DNA of 64,000 bases from Spirochaetaceae bacterium (lineage in GTDB: Bacteria; Spirochaetota; Spirochaetia; DSM-2461). The notes below the pieces were generated by a model that did no database searches, was not told where the DNA came from, and worked only from the letters and a program-made list of their open reading frames with translations. The stretch is taken from assembly GCA_051531975.1 (NCBI GenBank), contig JAOPTT010000003.1, forward strand, positions 128,001 to 192,000, given 5' to 3'. The position numbers were made by a program, and so were the translations under genes. Shown piece by piece: positions 9,794 through 20,829 of the stretch (positions are counted from its first letter, which is position 1; each line of letters begins with the position of its first letter).

Positions 9794-10732
9794 CTATAAT
9801 ACTGATTCGCCACGAAGACGTTTTACAATCTGGTCAGTTCCTTTAACCAGAACAAATGCTATAACAGATCTTGCTAAACCAACTGCCGTTGCATAACCAT
9901 ACCTAAAATCCGAAATACCAGCCCTAAAAACATATGTCTGTATAACATCAGAAACCTTATAGACAAGAGGATTGTAGAGAACAAATACTGACTCAAAGAG
10001 ATTAAAAATCTTTGCAAGATTCATTATTAAAACAATGATAATAACTGGTATTAAATGAGGTAGAGTGATATTAATCATCTGTTGAAATCTATTTGCACCA
10101 TCTATTTTTGCAGCTTCATATAGTTGTGGGTCTATGCCAGACAGTGCAGCTAGAAATATTACAGTTCCCCAACCGATCTCTCTCCAACTCAAAATAAATA
10201 GATATGTCCCTCTCCATAGTTTTACATCACCTAAAAAATATAGAGGATCGTGACCTAATAGTTGAATAATCTGATTGACCATTCCTCCCTGTCTAGACAG
10301 TAAAAGGTTAAAAACTGCTCCCACTACAACCCATGATAAAAAGTGAGGCAAATATATTACAGTCTGAACTGTTTTCTTAAAAGCCTGGTTTTTAATCTCA
10401 TTAAGTAACATTGAAATCGTAATAATTAAAGACATCTGTATTACGATATTAAGTGAACTTAAAATCAGAGTATTTCTAAAAGCTCTAATAAAACCATCTG
10501 TATTAAATGCATCAATAAAATGTGTTAGACCAATAAAGTCACCCACTCCTCTAAGGTCATAGTCATAAAATGCATACCGAAGACCTATCATAGGGATGTA
10601 TTTAAAAAGAACTAAATACACAAATCCCGGTAACATTAATAGATAAAACATTTTGTATCTGCTTATTCTATTTAATAAATTGTTTCTGTTGGTAACTCTA
10701 CTGGATTGTCCAGTTGTAACACCACGTTCCAT
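9794..10732 (-). CDS. Carbohydrate ABC permease (LplB/YteP-like)
   Basis: YLPHFLSWVVVG and LYEAAKIDGA motifs; start 10732 after AAGGAG. Confidence 0.92.
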   Translation of the reverse strand: MERGVTTGQSSRVTNRNNLLNRISRYKMFYLLMLPGFVYLVLFKYIPMIGLRYAFYDYDLRGVGDFIGLTHFIDAFNTDGFIRAFRNTLILSSLNIVIQMSLIITISMLLNEIKNQAFKKTVQTVIYLPHFLSWVVVGAVFNLLLSRQGGMVNQIIQLLGHDPLYFLGDVKLWRGTYLFILSWREIGWGTVIFLAALSGIDPQLYEAAKIDGANRFQQMINITLPHLIPVIIIVLIMNLAKIFNLFESVFVLYNPLVYKVSDVIQTYVFRAGISDFRYGYATAVGLARSVIAFVLVKGTDQIVKRLRGESVL

Positions 10733-10927
10733 AAAACATCTCCTTCGTTTTATTTTGTTGTGAGTTATTATCTCTCTGGTTTTGTAAAATTGCATAGTGC
10801 CCAATAGTTTAGGAATTGTCCCCTTTTCTTAGAATTGAATTAGGACAAATTTTATGATTAGGTTCATTTTTTTGGAATATATCTTTAGAATTTGCTTTTA
10901 ATTAAATAGGTTGTATCCTTTAATTAG

Positions 10928-13216
10928 ATGGAAAAGAAAAACAGAATATTTTATAATTTTATTATTGCATATAGCATATTAATTTTAATTCCTCTCCTTT
11001 CAGGAATTTTTTTGAATAGCAAAATAGTTAATGAATATGAGGGACATGTTAAAAAGACTCACTTGGTACAATTAAAAAAAACTCAAGAGATTCTGGAGAG
11101 TTTTGTAGAAGATATAAAATGGTCTACCTATCAAATTGGTAATAATACTAAGATTCTTAGGTTAATTTCTGACCAACACAGCCAATTAAGTATTATGGAA
11201 AGGTCTTTGTTAATTAGAGAAACGATGGATGAACTAAGTCAGTCTTTGTTATACAATACATCTTTCAATTCTACATTTTACATATACTTAAAAAACCAAG
11301 ATATGATAATAACTCCTTATTCTGTCTATTCTCATTCTGACTTTAATAGATCGTTTACTTTTTTTAAAATGGATAATATAAGTTCAGAAGATTGGCACAG
11401 TTATATATCAAATAAGTACCTTCCAGGTAAAATATTAAAAGCACGAAATACTATTATAGAAGATTTTAAAAACAAAAAAATGATCCCATATGTTCAGTCT
11501 CTTCCACTAAATAAAACACTAAATAATGATACGATAGAAGGAGCAATTGTATATCTTATTGGTGAAACAGATTTTAATAGGTTCCTAGATTATAAATCTA
11601 TACCCGCTGGAGGATATTCATATATTGCAGATGATGATAACAATATAATCTCATCAGTCTCAAATTCTACAAAACAAATTATACCAATAGATTTAAAAGA
11701 AGACGAAGGGCTCATTGATTTAGAAATCGATGGAGAAAAGATGTTTGTTATCTATACAACAAGCAGTAAAAATAGTTGGAAATATGTTTCAGTGTTACCT
11801 GAAAAATGGGTTCTAACAAAAGTTACATTTTATCAATTCACTTCAATTTTAGTAATGTCAATTGCACTGATATTTTGTTTATTTGTTGCATATAAGTTAT
11901 CTCAGATTTGGTCGAAACCAATTACAAGTAGTATAAAAACACTGGGAGATTTCCTTAATTCTGAAAAAGATGAAGAGCAATCATTTAAAACACTAAATCT
12001 TCATGTAAATGAACTTGTAGATCAAAGTGAAGGAATGCTAAATGAACTTCTGAGTCAAAAAGTTTTTGTTCATAATGCTTTTGTTAATAGATTAGTTAAT
12101 GGGTTTTTTAAAGATAAAAAAGGATTAGATTCTTACCTTTCTCATTTAGGGTTTAACCTTACTGAAAATAGTTTTAGTGTAGCCATAATCTCTTTTTCTG
12201 GATCAGAAATGGAAGGATCTACAGAATATTTTGATAATCAAAATAAGATTAAAAATATATTAAAAAGTAAAATTCAATCTGAATTTCCAATGAGAATTAT
12301 GGTATCTGAACAAGAAAACAGTGATATTGTTTTAATATTGATGACGGATAATTTAACTAAGCATAAAAAAATAGTTAGAACCTCATTAAATAACTTTTTT
12401 AATGACATCCCGAGTACCTATAAAAACAATCTTATAATTGGATTAGGAGACACTGTAAAATCGTTAATGAATATTAACAAATCTTTTATACAAGCAATAG
12501 ATATATTATCCATACCTACTAACGATAAAGGTCTTTTAATAATGGATACAAAAAGTGTAGATAAAAAGATTGAAGAGTTCTATTACACTATAGAAGTAGA
12601 ATCCAGATTAATAAATACAATAAAATCTGGTAATATTGAAAATACAGAATCCCTAATTGAAATGATATATTCAGAAAACCTTAACAACAGACAACTAGAC
12701 TCTAGTAACTTAAAAGCTTTCTATTTTAATCTTAAAAATACTTTCAATAGAATTATCAATCAGGTAAATTCAAATATAAAGCAGGATATGGAAATAGAGT
12801 TAAATAAAATAGATGAAAGTGACTTTGTTAGTATAAAGGCACTTTTTATCCAAATAAGTACCCTACAACATCGTAATAAAAGAAGTCATAATAACCTTCT
12901 AAGTGAAGAAATAAAAGATTTTTTAATGAATAATTATCAGGATAAGAACTTGGGTCTATACTCTGTTGCTGATCACTTTTCAATTACAGAATCCTATCTT
13001 TCATTCTTTTTCAAAGAGCAAACAGACATTAATTTTTCTACATACCTTGAACAACTAAGGGTAAGCGAGGCTCAAACGTTATTAACAACATCAAATGAGA
13101 CAATACAATCTATAGCTTATAAAATTGGTTATAATAGCGATAAAACTTTTAGAAGAGTATTTCAGAAAAACTTAAATATGAGTCCAAGTAAATATAGGTT
13201 AAATAATAAGTTATAA
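10928..13216 (+). CDS. Membrane-anchored AraC-family regulator with extracytoplasmic sensor domain (YtdP-like)
   Basis: Two hydrophobic segments flank a ~270-aa Cache-like region; C-terminal AraC double HTH (GYNSDKTFRRVF...SPSKYR); divergent from the ABC operon. Confidence 0.85.
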   Translation: MEKKNRIFYNFIIAYSILILIPLLSGIFLNSKIVNEYEGHVKKTHLVQLKKTQEILESFVEDIKWSTYQIGNNTKILRLISDQHSQLSIMERSLLIRETMDELSQSLLYNTSFNSTFYIYLKNQDMIITPYSVYSHSDFNRSFTFFKMDNISSEDWHSYISNKYLPGKILKARNTIIEDFKNKKMIPYVQSLPLNKTLNNDTIEGAIVYLIGETDFNRFLDYKSIPAGGYSYIADDDNNIISSVSNSTKQIIPIDLKEDEGLIDLEIDGEKMFVIYTTSSKNSWKYVSVLPEKWVLTKVTFYQFTSILVMSIALIFCLFVAYKLSQIWSKPITSSIKTLGDFLNSEKDEEQSFKTLNLHVNELVDQSEGMLNELLSQKVFVHNAFVNRLVNGFFKDKKGLDSYLSHLGFNLTENSFSVAIISFSGSEMEGSTEYFDNQNKIKNILKSKIQSEFPMRIMVSEQENSDIVLILMTDNLTKHKKIVRTSLNNFFNDIPSTYKNNLIIGLGDTVKSLMNINKSFIQAIDILSIPTNDKGLLIMDTKSVDKKIEEFYYTIEVESRLINTIKSGNIENTESLIEMIYSENLNNRQLDSSNLKAFYFNLKNTFNRIINQVNSNIKQDMEIELNKIDESDFVSIKALFIQISTLQHRNKRSHNNLLSEEIKDFLMNNYQDKNLGLYSVADHFSITESYLSFFFKEQTDINFSTYLEQLRVSEAQTLLTTSNETIQSIAYKIGYNSDKTFRRVFQKNLNMSPSKYRLNNKL

Positions 13217-14629
13217 AGAGCCTAGTTCTTCAATTATTTTGTTAATAAATAAGTCCTGAGATTTCTTTTTATAGAGAATAATTCCCTCATCTATACTTAA
13301 TTCATCATTTATTATTTTACTTATTATCTCTGGCTTTAATTTAGTTTCTATCTCCAAATAGTATTGGCTATAATAAGTTCCTCCATGCTTTAAACGATCT
13401 TGCTTAGAGTTATTGTTTAATATATTTAGTGCAGGGACAATAATATCATCAATCTTCATTGGTTGTTCCCAGTCATTTAAGATGGCTACAGGAGGCACAA
13501 ATGCTTTTGTAAATGCTACTTTATATGGATCATCTTCGTTAATTAAGAACTTTATTTCCCCTTCATCATCACTCCAGTGAAAGCCTTTAACACCATATGT
13601 AAAAAGAGTTTGAATATCAGCTTTGTCATACTGTTTATCAATAAAGTTTGAAAATACAAGTCCTGGGTTATTAGACTTTTTAGTAATAACTAATAAAGGG
13701 GCCACACGTTTAATATAATACCCACCATTAAGTGGTTGAATAGGTATAATTTCTGCATTATTACCAGATATAACTTTTGTTCGATCTTCTAAATTTCTCG
13801 CCCAATGATTTGCCCAATAGGTAATAACTCCAACATCGCCATTTATAAATCGATTTCTTGCAGTAAAAGTTGTATTATTTGTTATATTTGAGTCTGTTAA
13901 GTTCTCCTGGTAAATTCTTTTTAATCGCTTTAGAGCTCCTATCATTTGCACTTCAGTGAAACCATCAACCCATTCACCATCTTTATAATAGATTTCAACT
14001 CTAGCATCTAACATAACAGCTCTATTATACCAATCTTGACTTGCAGAATTTATATCTGTATAACCTTTAGTATCATCTAAACCATTTTGGTCTGGGTCGT
14101 TATGTGTGAATTGATATAATACGTTATAGAACTCATCCCATGTTGTTGGAACTTTTAAACCTAGGTTGTCTAACCAATCCTTTCTAATATATGTTACACA
14201 TCCCCCACCATCTCTAGTAGGGAACCCATATATCTCACCTTTTGAGTTTCTGTAATTATCTAAAAAAGAAGGATCAAAATCCTTAATATAAGTAGACGTT
14301 TTTATAAATGGATCTAAATTAATAATATTATTATGAGAAATAAAAAGAGATAAATACTCTGGAAGGATTTCACAAATGTCAGGTGTATTTGGCTCTGTAA
14401 AACTAATAATTAATTTATCCATATATTGTTGATGAGGAGGTTGAATTATTGTTAATTCAGTATTTGTTAATCTATTATATTCTTCAATAAACTCATCTGG
14501 ACCTTCCCAGTCTTGTATAATTGTATCAAGATAGGCAGTTATCTGAACTACCTCTTTTTCTATTGGCAGATCTTCTTTGCATGAAATAATAAGGATTATT
14601 AGAAGTGGAAGTAATTTGTTTATTTTCAT
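13211..14629 (-). CDS. Second solute-binding protein (lipoprotein), paralogue of 7433-8863
   Basis: Lipobox IIISC; shares GGGCVTYIRxDWLDNLGLK and DPDxNG with the first binding protein. Confidence 0.85.
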   Translation of the reverse strand: MKINKLLPLLIILIISCKEDLPIEKEVVQITAYLDTIIQDWEGPDEFIEEYNRLTNTELTIIQPPHQQYMDKLIISFTEPNTPDICEILPEYLSLFISHNNIINLDPFIKTSTYIKDFDPSFLDNYRNSKGEIYGFPTRDGGGCVTYIRKDWLDNLGLKVPTTWDEFYNVLYQFTHNDPDQNGLDDTKGYTDINSASQDWYNRAVMLDARVEIYYKDGEWVDGFTEVQMIGALKRLKRIYQENLTDSNITNNTTFTARNRFINGDVGVITYWANHWARNLEDRTKVISGNNAEIIPIQPLNGGYYIKRVAPLLVITKKSNNPGLVFSNFIDKQYDKADIQTLFTYGVKGFHWSDDEGEIKFLINEDDPYKVAFTKAFVPPVAILNDWEQPMKIDDIIVPALNILNNNSKQDRLKHGGTYYSQYYLEIETKLKPEIISKIINDELSIDEGIILYKKKSQDLFINKIIEELGSL

Positions 14630-14687
14630 ATTTAATCTATTATATGGTTCAATTAAAGATGTCGCAAGATAATATATATATTACATT

Positions 14688-16019
14688 TTAAATATCACGA
14701 TCCCGCCATTTACCTTTTATAAAACCGATTCTTAATATTATTAAACTTACATACTTATCTATCAATGTTGCAACCCATGCACCATATAGTCCAAAGTTCA
14801 AATAATTAACAAAAAGCAAAACAAGTGGTATTCGTATAACTAATAAACCTATTAAAGATGTTAATAAAGGCCACCTTGTTTCTCCAGCTCCTTTTAATGC
14901 CCCACTTAATACAAGAACACTATTTTGAGCAGGATTAATTAAGGATAATATAATCATAATTGGTACTAGTTTATTAATTATTGCATTGTCATTTGTATAA
15001 ATAGATGCAACAGATTGCCCTTTAAATATAAATAGAATACTTATTAAAACTGATATTATTAATCCAATGGTTATTAGTTTTTTAATATATTCTCCTAAGA
15101 TATCTCTTTTATTTGAGCCTAGTAGTCTACCAGTAAATGATGTTGATGCCATTCCAAGAGCATGCCCAAAATTAGTAGATAAACCTGAGATGTTTAAACA
15201 TACTTGATGTGCTGCAAAGTCTATAGTTCCAAGATTAGCAATAGTTCTAGTATATAAAAAAAAGCCTACCCTTAAAATTATTTGTTCAATGGCTGATGCT
15301 GAACCTATATTTATTATTTTTGATAATATTCTTTTATCAAGCCCTAAATTTATATTAACATCTAATCTTATTTCCATTTTGGTTTTAAACAATAATACCA
15401 GTGCAAGAACTGTCTGGATAATTTTAGCGATAGTTGCAGATAAACCTGCGCCATAAATCCCTAACCTAGGGAAACCCATGTTCCCAAAAATTAAAAGGTA
15501 ACCAAGAATTACATTTATTATGTTAGCGATTATGTTAATCATCATAGGACTTTTAGAATCACCAGCACCTCTAAATAGGGATGATATAGATAAGGGAATA
15601 ACTTGAAAAATTATACCTAAAGCCATAAATTTCATATATATTGTTGCATTAATTACAGATTCACTATTAGCACCAATTAATAAAACAATATTTCTAGAAA
15701 AGATATAAACTGGAATTGTTAAAACAACACCAATTAAGAATGAAATTTGCAAAGCTTGTATTACGACTTTTTTAGCCAAATCATAGGATTTTGAGCCTAC
15801 ATATCTTGCAATTAACGCTGTAGCACCTATATTAAAAGACTGAAAAACAGCAAGACTCATATTTACTGGCTGGCTGGTCAAACCAACCGCACTAATTGCT
15901 TCTGGTCCTATCTTTCCTACCATAATTAAGTTAACTACAGATATCATAGAAAACAACATTAACTCTATTATGCATGGTAATATAAATTTACTAATCTCAT
16001 AATACTGATTCTTTTGCAT
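14688..16019 (-). CDS. MATE-family transporter
   Basis: About 12 hydrophobic segments; FRGAGDSKSPM and LKGAGETRWP motifs; start probably ATG 16019. Confidence 0.9.
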   Translation of the reverse strand: MQKNQYYEISKFILPCIIELMLFSMISVVNLIMVGKIGPEAISAVGLTSQPVNMSLAVFQSFNIGATALIARYVGSKSYDLAKKVVIQALQISFLIGVVLTIPVYIFSRNIVLLIGANSESVINATIYMKFMALGIIFQVIPLSISSLFRGAGDSKSPMMINIIANIINVILGYLLIFGNMGFPRLGIYGAGLSATIAKIIQTVLALVLLFKTKMEIRLDVNINLGLDKRILSKIINIGSASAIEQIILRVGFFLYTRTIANLGTIDFAAHQVCLNISGLSTNFGHALGMASTSFTGRLLGSNKRDILGEYIKKLITIGLIISVLISILFIFKGQSVASIYTNDNAIINKLVPIMIILSLINPAQNSVLVLSGALKGAGETRWPLLTSLIGLLVIRIPLVLLFVNYLNFGLYGAWVATLIDKYVSLIILRIGFIKGKWRDRDI

Positions 16020-16099
16020 ATTATTATTATATAAAACCACAACATCATAAACTGCTCAGATATTGACATAATTCATAAAAACAACCCATATTATGATAC

Positions 16100-16876
16100 A
16101 TGAAGAGTGATTATAAATATATTACAGCGGATAATAAAGTCTCTCTTGGGTATAGAAAATGGATAAAGGGATCGCAGAGTAGACACCTACATGATGGATA
16201 TGAAATTCTATACGTTGTAAGTGGGAAAAGAGATATGTTTATTGAAGACAAAGTATTACATATGACAAGTGGTGATATTGTACTTATTCCACCTAATACA
16301 TTACATAAGTCTTTTAATAATTACGATGGCTCTGAGATTTATTCTCTCTATCTGAACTCGATAAGTGGTATATCTATTGAAAAACTCTTTTTATTAAGAT
16401 CAACTCAAATCTCAGATATAATATTAAAAATTGACAAAGAATTTAAGAACAATGAAATAGCAGCAAATCAGTTAATAAATGCTCTAGGATTAAAATTATT
16501 TATATATATACTAAGAAAAAGTTTTCAAAATGAAGTTTTAGACATCAAAGTAGTAAATTGTAACAAAACAATCCAACAAATTGTTAAATATATAAATCAA
16601 AAATATCAGGAAGAATTAAACTTAAAGTTCTTATCTAAAGAATTTAACTTGAGCCAAGGACATTTAAGTAGATCATTTAAAAAACATACAGGGTTTTCTC
16701 TTATAGACTATATAAATCATATACGGATTCAAAAATCTAATGAGTTATTATTAAAATCAAACCATACAATTAGTTATATATGTTATTTCTGTGGTTTTGG
16801 GAGTTTAACTAACTTTGGCCGCCTATTTAAAAAATTAAATGGAAAATCACCTAGAGAATATAGAAAACTTAAATAG
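16100..16876 (+). CDS. AraC-family regulator with cupin domain
   Basis: HLHDGYEILYV cupin motif; C-terminal CGFGSLTNFGRLFKK...SPREYR. Confidence 0.9.
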   Translation: MKSDYKYITADNKVSLGYRKWIKGSQSRHLHDGYEILYVVSGKRDMFIEDKVLHMTSGDIVLIPPNTLHKSFNNYDGSEIYSLYLNSISGISIEKLFLLRSTQISDIILKIDKEFKNNEIAANQLINALGLKLFIYILRKSFQNEVLDIKVVNCNKTIQQIVKYINQKYQEELNLKFLSKEFNLSQGHLSRSFKKHTGFSLIDYINHIRIQKSNELLLKSNHTISYICYFCGFGSLTNFGRLFKKLNGKSPREYRKLK

Positions 16877-16947
16877 AGTTTTTTTATAAATAAGTTGATT
16901 TTATTGACATTCAGATTAGCTGACTTATTATTTATATAGGGATACAG

Positions 16948-19900
16948 ATGAAAGGATCAGATGATTCAGATCAAAAAGACATTATAGACCAGAAATTACA
17001 GACTCAGATTTTTGATATTATGGATGAGATGTTTCAAGTTATTGAGCTAATATATGACGATAATGGAAAAGCTATTGATTATATTCATCTTCAGGTTAAT
17101 CCCGCTTTTGAAAAGCTTGTTCAAATGAAAAAAGAGGATTTAATAGGGAAAAGAGTTAAAGATATATTTGGAATTATCGAAGATTATTGGATAGAGATTT
17201 ATGAAAGGGTTGAGTCTACAGGAGTTACAGAAAATTTTGAAAATTATGGTGCTGAACTTGATAAATATTACGCAATTAAGGCATGGAAAATAGGTGAGAA
17301 TAAAGTAGCGGTTCTGTTCACAGAAATTACAGAGAAATATAAAATGGAATATGCATTAAAAGAGAGTGAAGAACGAATTAGGTTATTTACTCAAAACGTC
17401 CCAGATTATTTGTTACAAATCGATAGAATGGGGAAAATTGAATATATTAATAAAACGTTTGAAGGTTTAACACAAAAAGATGTTATAGGAACTTCAGTAT
17501 ATTCTTGGATCCCTGATGAGTCTTTGCAAAAGTTTAAAGATAAAGTAGAAAAAGTTTTTATAAATGGATGTAATGAAATTATTGAATATCCGTCAGAAGG
17601 AGCAAAAGGGGAACCTGTATGGTTTGAATCCCAAATAGGACCACTTGAAAATTCTGGTATCATAAATCATGTGATAATTGTCGCAAGGGATATAACAGAA
17701 AAGAAAAATGCAGTAGAAGCCTCTTTAAACAGTGATAAACGATTTAAAATTGTTGCAGAATCAGCAGGGAAATGGGTTTGGGAAATTAATGCAGAAGGTT
17801 TATATACTTATTCAAGTCCTTTGGTTAAGCAAATATTAGGTTATACACCAGAAGAAATAGTCGGTAAAAAACATTTCTTTGATTTCTTCCAGAAGGATGT
17901 TAAAGAGCAATTAAAAGAAGAAGCAATTAATGCTTTTAAGCAAAAGCTTATTATTAAGGATTTTGAAAGTCCTAAAGAACATAAAAATGGTGAAATAGTT
18001 ATTCTAAATACATCAGGCAGTCCTATTCTTGATAAAGATGGTAATTTAATAGGATATCTCGGTGCTGATAGTGATATTACTGAGCGTAAAATTGCAGAAA
18101 ATGAAATTAGATATCAGGCATCTTTAATTGAGCAAATGGATACAGCTATAATAACAATAGGCTTTGATAATAAAATACTTTCCTGGAATGAACATGCCAA
18201 AAGTCTTTATGGGTGGAGTAAGGAAGAAGTTATAGGAAAAGATATTATTGAACTATTAGGCGCTGAAGAATCGAAAGAGGAAACCTTAAAATCATTTGTT
18301 GATCTGAATAGAGATGGGCATTGGGAAGGAGATTATTTAGCTAATAAAAAAGATGGTACTCGAGTTCCAATCCATGTTATAAATTCATATTTAAAAGATT
18401 CAAATGGAGAAAATATTGGATTTATAGGACTGAGTACTGATATTACATATCGTATTAAGGCAGAGATTAAATTAAATCAAAGTACTCAATTACTTGAAAC
18501 ATCTCAAGCAATAGCAAAGCTTGGTGGATGGGAACTGGATATTGTGACAAATAACTTATTCTGGACTGCAGAGACCTATCGTATTTACGATACTTCTACA
18601 GAAGAGTTCAACCCAACAGTGGATGCAGGTTTTGGCTATTTCTTACCTGAGTCTCGTCGTATTATTTCTGATGCATTGAAGGCAGCAGTAGAGAATGCAA
18701 AAGGTTACGACCTTATACTAGAAACCCTGACTACAAAAGGCCGACGAATTGACATACGTACTACATGCGAAGTAATACTACTCGATGGAAAACCCATAAG
18801 GTTAACTGGGATTTTTCAGGATATAACTGAACTTAAGCAAGTAGAAAACAAAATACTTGCTGCTGAAGAAACGGCAAGATTAAATGAACAATATTACAAA
18901 AATATCATCAACAAAATGGGAGACCCAGTTTTTGTAAAAGACAACCAAAGCAGGTTATTACTGGTTAATGATGCTTTTTGTAAAATATTTGATCTCCCAA
19001 GGGATTCAATAATAGGAAAAACACTTGCCGAAGATGTTCCACCAAATGAACGGGAGCATTTTTTGAGAGTCGATAAACAGGTGATACAAGATGGAAAAGA
19101 TAATATTAGTGAGGAGTCGCTTACTGTAAGAAACGGTAAAACTCGTACAATTTCCACAAGAAAGTCGCGTTTTACTGATAATAGTGGTAAAAACTTTTTA
19201 GTAGGAGTTATTCGCGATATCACTGAGATACAAAAATCAGAAGAAGCACTAAGAGAAAGTGAAGAGAATCTTTCAACTATACTCAATTACATTGGGGAAG
19301 CAGTAATTGCAACAGATGGTGAAGGGAAAATTACTCAAATGAACCCTGTTGCACAAAAGTTAACCGGATGGGCACTTAAAGATGCAAAAACAACTTTACT
19401 ACCAAATGTTTTAAAAATCACGAATGCAATCTCGGGAGAAACGATTCCAAATCCCGTAGAAGGGATGATCACCAGCGGGACCATTTATAAACTAACAAAC
19501 AATACCATTCTCACCTCCCGAGATGGTGTAAAGAGACAAATTGCTGCTAGGGGTGCACCTATTAAAAACTCAACAGGTGAAATTGTTGGTGTGGTCCTGG
19601 TATTTCGGGATGTAACAGAACAATACAAACTGGAGGAGCAGTTCAGACAATCTCAAAAAATGGATGCAATCGGTCAACTTGCCGGTGGTGTTGCCCACGA
19701 TTTTAACAATATGTTAACAGGTATAATGGGATGTGCAGAGATAATTTCCAGCAAAGTCGCCGAGGATGAAGCATTAAGCCAGTTATCTAATTTGATTTTG
19801 GATACATCGATGCAGGCTGCAGAACTAACCAAGAAATTATTATCATTTTCCCATAAAGCAAAATCAGTTAACGAGATATTTGATATTCATGAATCTATTA

Positions 19901-20769
19901 CAAAAACCTTATCTATGCTGAAAAGAAGTATAAACAGATCAATTATTATTAAATCTAATTTAGATGCCCCCAATTCATATATTAATGGGGATCAATCTTT
20001 AATACAAAATTCACTTTTGAATTTAGGTTTAAATGCAAGGGATGTTATGCCTAAAGGGGGCACATTAACATTTACAACTAGGAATGTGATTTTTGAACAG
20101 AAAGACATAAATTCTAACTCAGATATTGCCCCTGGTAATTATATAGAAATAGAGGTGGAGGATACAGGTTGTGGAATGACACAGGAAGTACAAAGCCGCC
20201 TTTTTGAACCGTTTTTCACAACAAAACCAATGGGGAAAGGAACCGGCTTAGGACTCTCTACTGTCTACAATACAATTAAGGGGAATGATGGCAATATCTC
20301 TATAAGTAGTGAAATAAATCGTGGCTCTATCTTTAAAATTTTATTACCAATAATTTTGGATATAAATGAAAGCAAAGATATTGTGGCAAAAAAAACTGTA
20401 CCTGGGATTGGCACTATTTTAGTCGTCGACGATGAAAATATTGTACGATTGGTCCTTGGTCAAATGTTAAGTGAACTAGGATACAATGTCCTGTTTGCAG
20501 AAGAAGGTGAAGAGTGTATTAAAATCTATAAAGAAAAAGGAAATTCTATTGATATGATTATTTTAGATATGGTTATGCCAAAGATGAATGGCCGAGATGT
20601 CTTTTACGCATTAAAAGAAATCAATCCTGATATAAAAGTCTTAATTTGCTCTGGGTTTTCTAAGGATATAAATATCGAAAAATTAATTGAGGATGGGGTG
20701 TCAGCTTTTATGCAGAAACCATATAAAAAAATTGATATATCAATGAAAATCAAAGAGATCTTATCTTAG
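16948..20769 (+). CDS. Cytoplasmic multi-PAS hybrid histidine kinase with C-terminal receiver
   Basis: About 7 PAS/PAC units ending in DITE-like motifs; H-box AHDFNNML; N-box NARD; DTGCGM; FTTK...GTGLGL; receiver with ILDMVMP and KP. Confidence 0.93.
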   Translation: MKGSDDSDQKDIIDQKLQTQIFDIMDEMFQVIELIYDDNGKAIDYIHLQVNPAFEKLVQMKKEDLIGKRVKDIFGIIEDYWIEIYERVESTGVTENFENYGAELDKYYAIKAWKIGENKVAVLFTEITEKYKMEYALKESEERIRLFTQNVPDYLLQIDRMGKIEYINKTFEGLTQKDVIGTSVYSWIPDESLQKFKDKVEKVFINGCNEIIEYPSEGAKGEPVWFESQIGPLENSGIINHVIIVARDITEKKNAVEASLNSDKRFKIVAESAGKWVWEINAEGLYTYSSPLVKQILGYTPEEIVGKKHFFDFFQKDVKEQLKEEAINAFKQKLIIKDFESPKEHKNGEIVILNTSGSPILDKDGNLIGYLGADSDITERKIAENEIRYQASLIEQMDTAIITIGFDNKILSWNEHAKSLYGWSKEEVIGKDIIELLGAEESKEETLKSFVDLNRDGHWEGDYLANKKDGTRVPIHVINSYLKDSNGENIGFIGLSTDITYRIKAEIKLNQSTQLLETSQAIAKLGGWELDIVTNNLFWTAETYRIYDTSTEEFNPTVDAGFGYFLPESRRIISDALKAAVENAKGYDLILETLTTKGRRIDIRTTCEVILLDGKPIRLTGIFQDITELKQVENKILAAEETARLNEQYYKNIINKMGDPVFVKDNQSRLLLVNDAFCKIFDLPRDSIIGKTLAEDVPPNEREHFLRVDKQVIQDGKDNISEESLTVRNGKTRTISTRKSRFTDNSGKNFLVGVIRDITEIQKSEEALRESEENLSTILNYIGEAVIATDGEGKITQMNPVAQKLTGWALKDAKTTLLPNVLKITNAISGETIPNPVEGMITSGTIYKLTNNTILTSRDGVKRQIAARGAPIKNSTGEIVGVVLVFRDVTEQYKLEEQFRQSQKMDAIGQLAGGVAHDFNNMLTGIMGCAEIISSKVAEDEALSQLSNLILDTSMQAAELTKKLLSFSHKAKSVNEIFDIHESITKTLSMLKRSINRSIIIKSNLDAPNSYINGDQSLIQNSLLNLGLNARDVMPKGGTLTFTTRNVIFEQKDINSNSDIAPGNYIEIEVEDTGCGMTQEVQSRLFEPFFTTKPMGKGTGLGLSTVYNTIKGNDGNISISSEINRGSIFKILLPIILDINESKDIVAKKTVPGIGTILVVDDENIVRLVLGQMLSELGYNVLFAEEGEECIKIYKEKGNSIDMIILDMVMPKMNGRDVFYALKEINPDIKVLICSGFSKDINIEKLIEDGVSAFMQKPYKKIDISMKIKEILS

Positions 20770-20829
20770 CGTTACTGTTTTGGTGGTGCTACACCAATAT
20801 ATCATGCTCCTTTTGAAGTAGAGTTTTTA

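Noticed and set aside
10816..10848. TTGTCC...GGACAA inverted repeat between the ABC operon and AraC
   Set aside because: Only 6-bp arms; it could be an activator site but is not distinguishable from chance.
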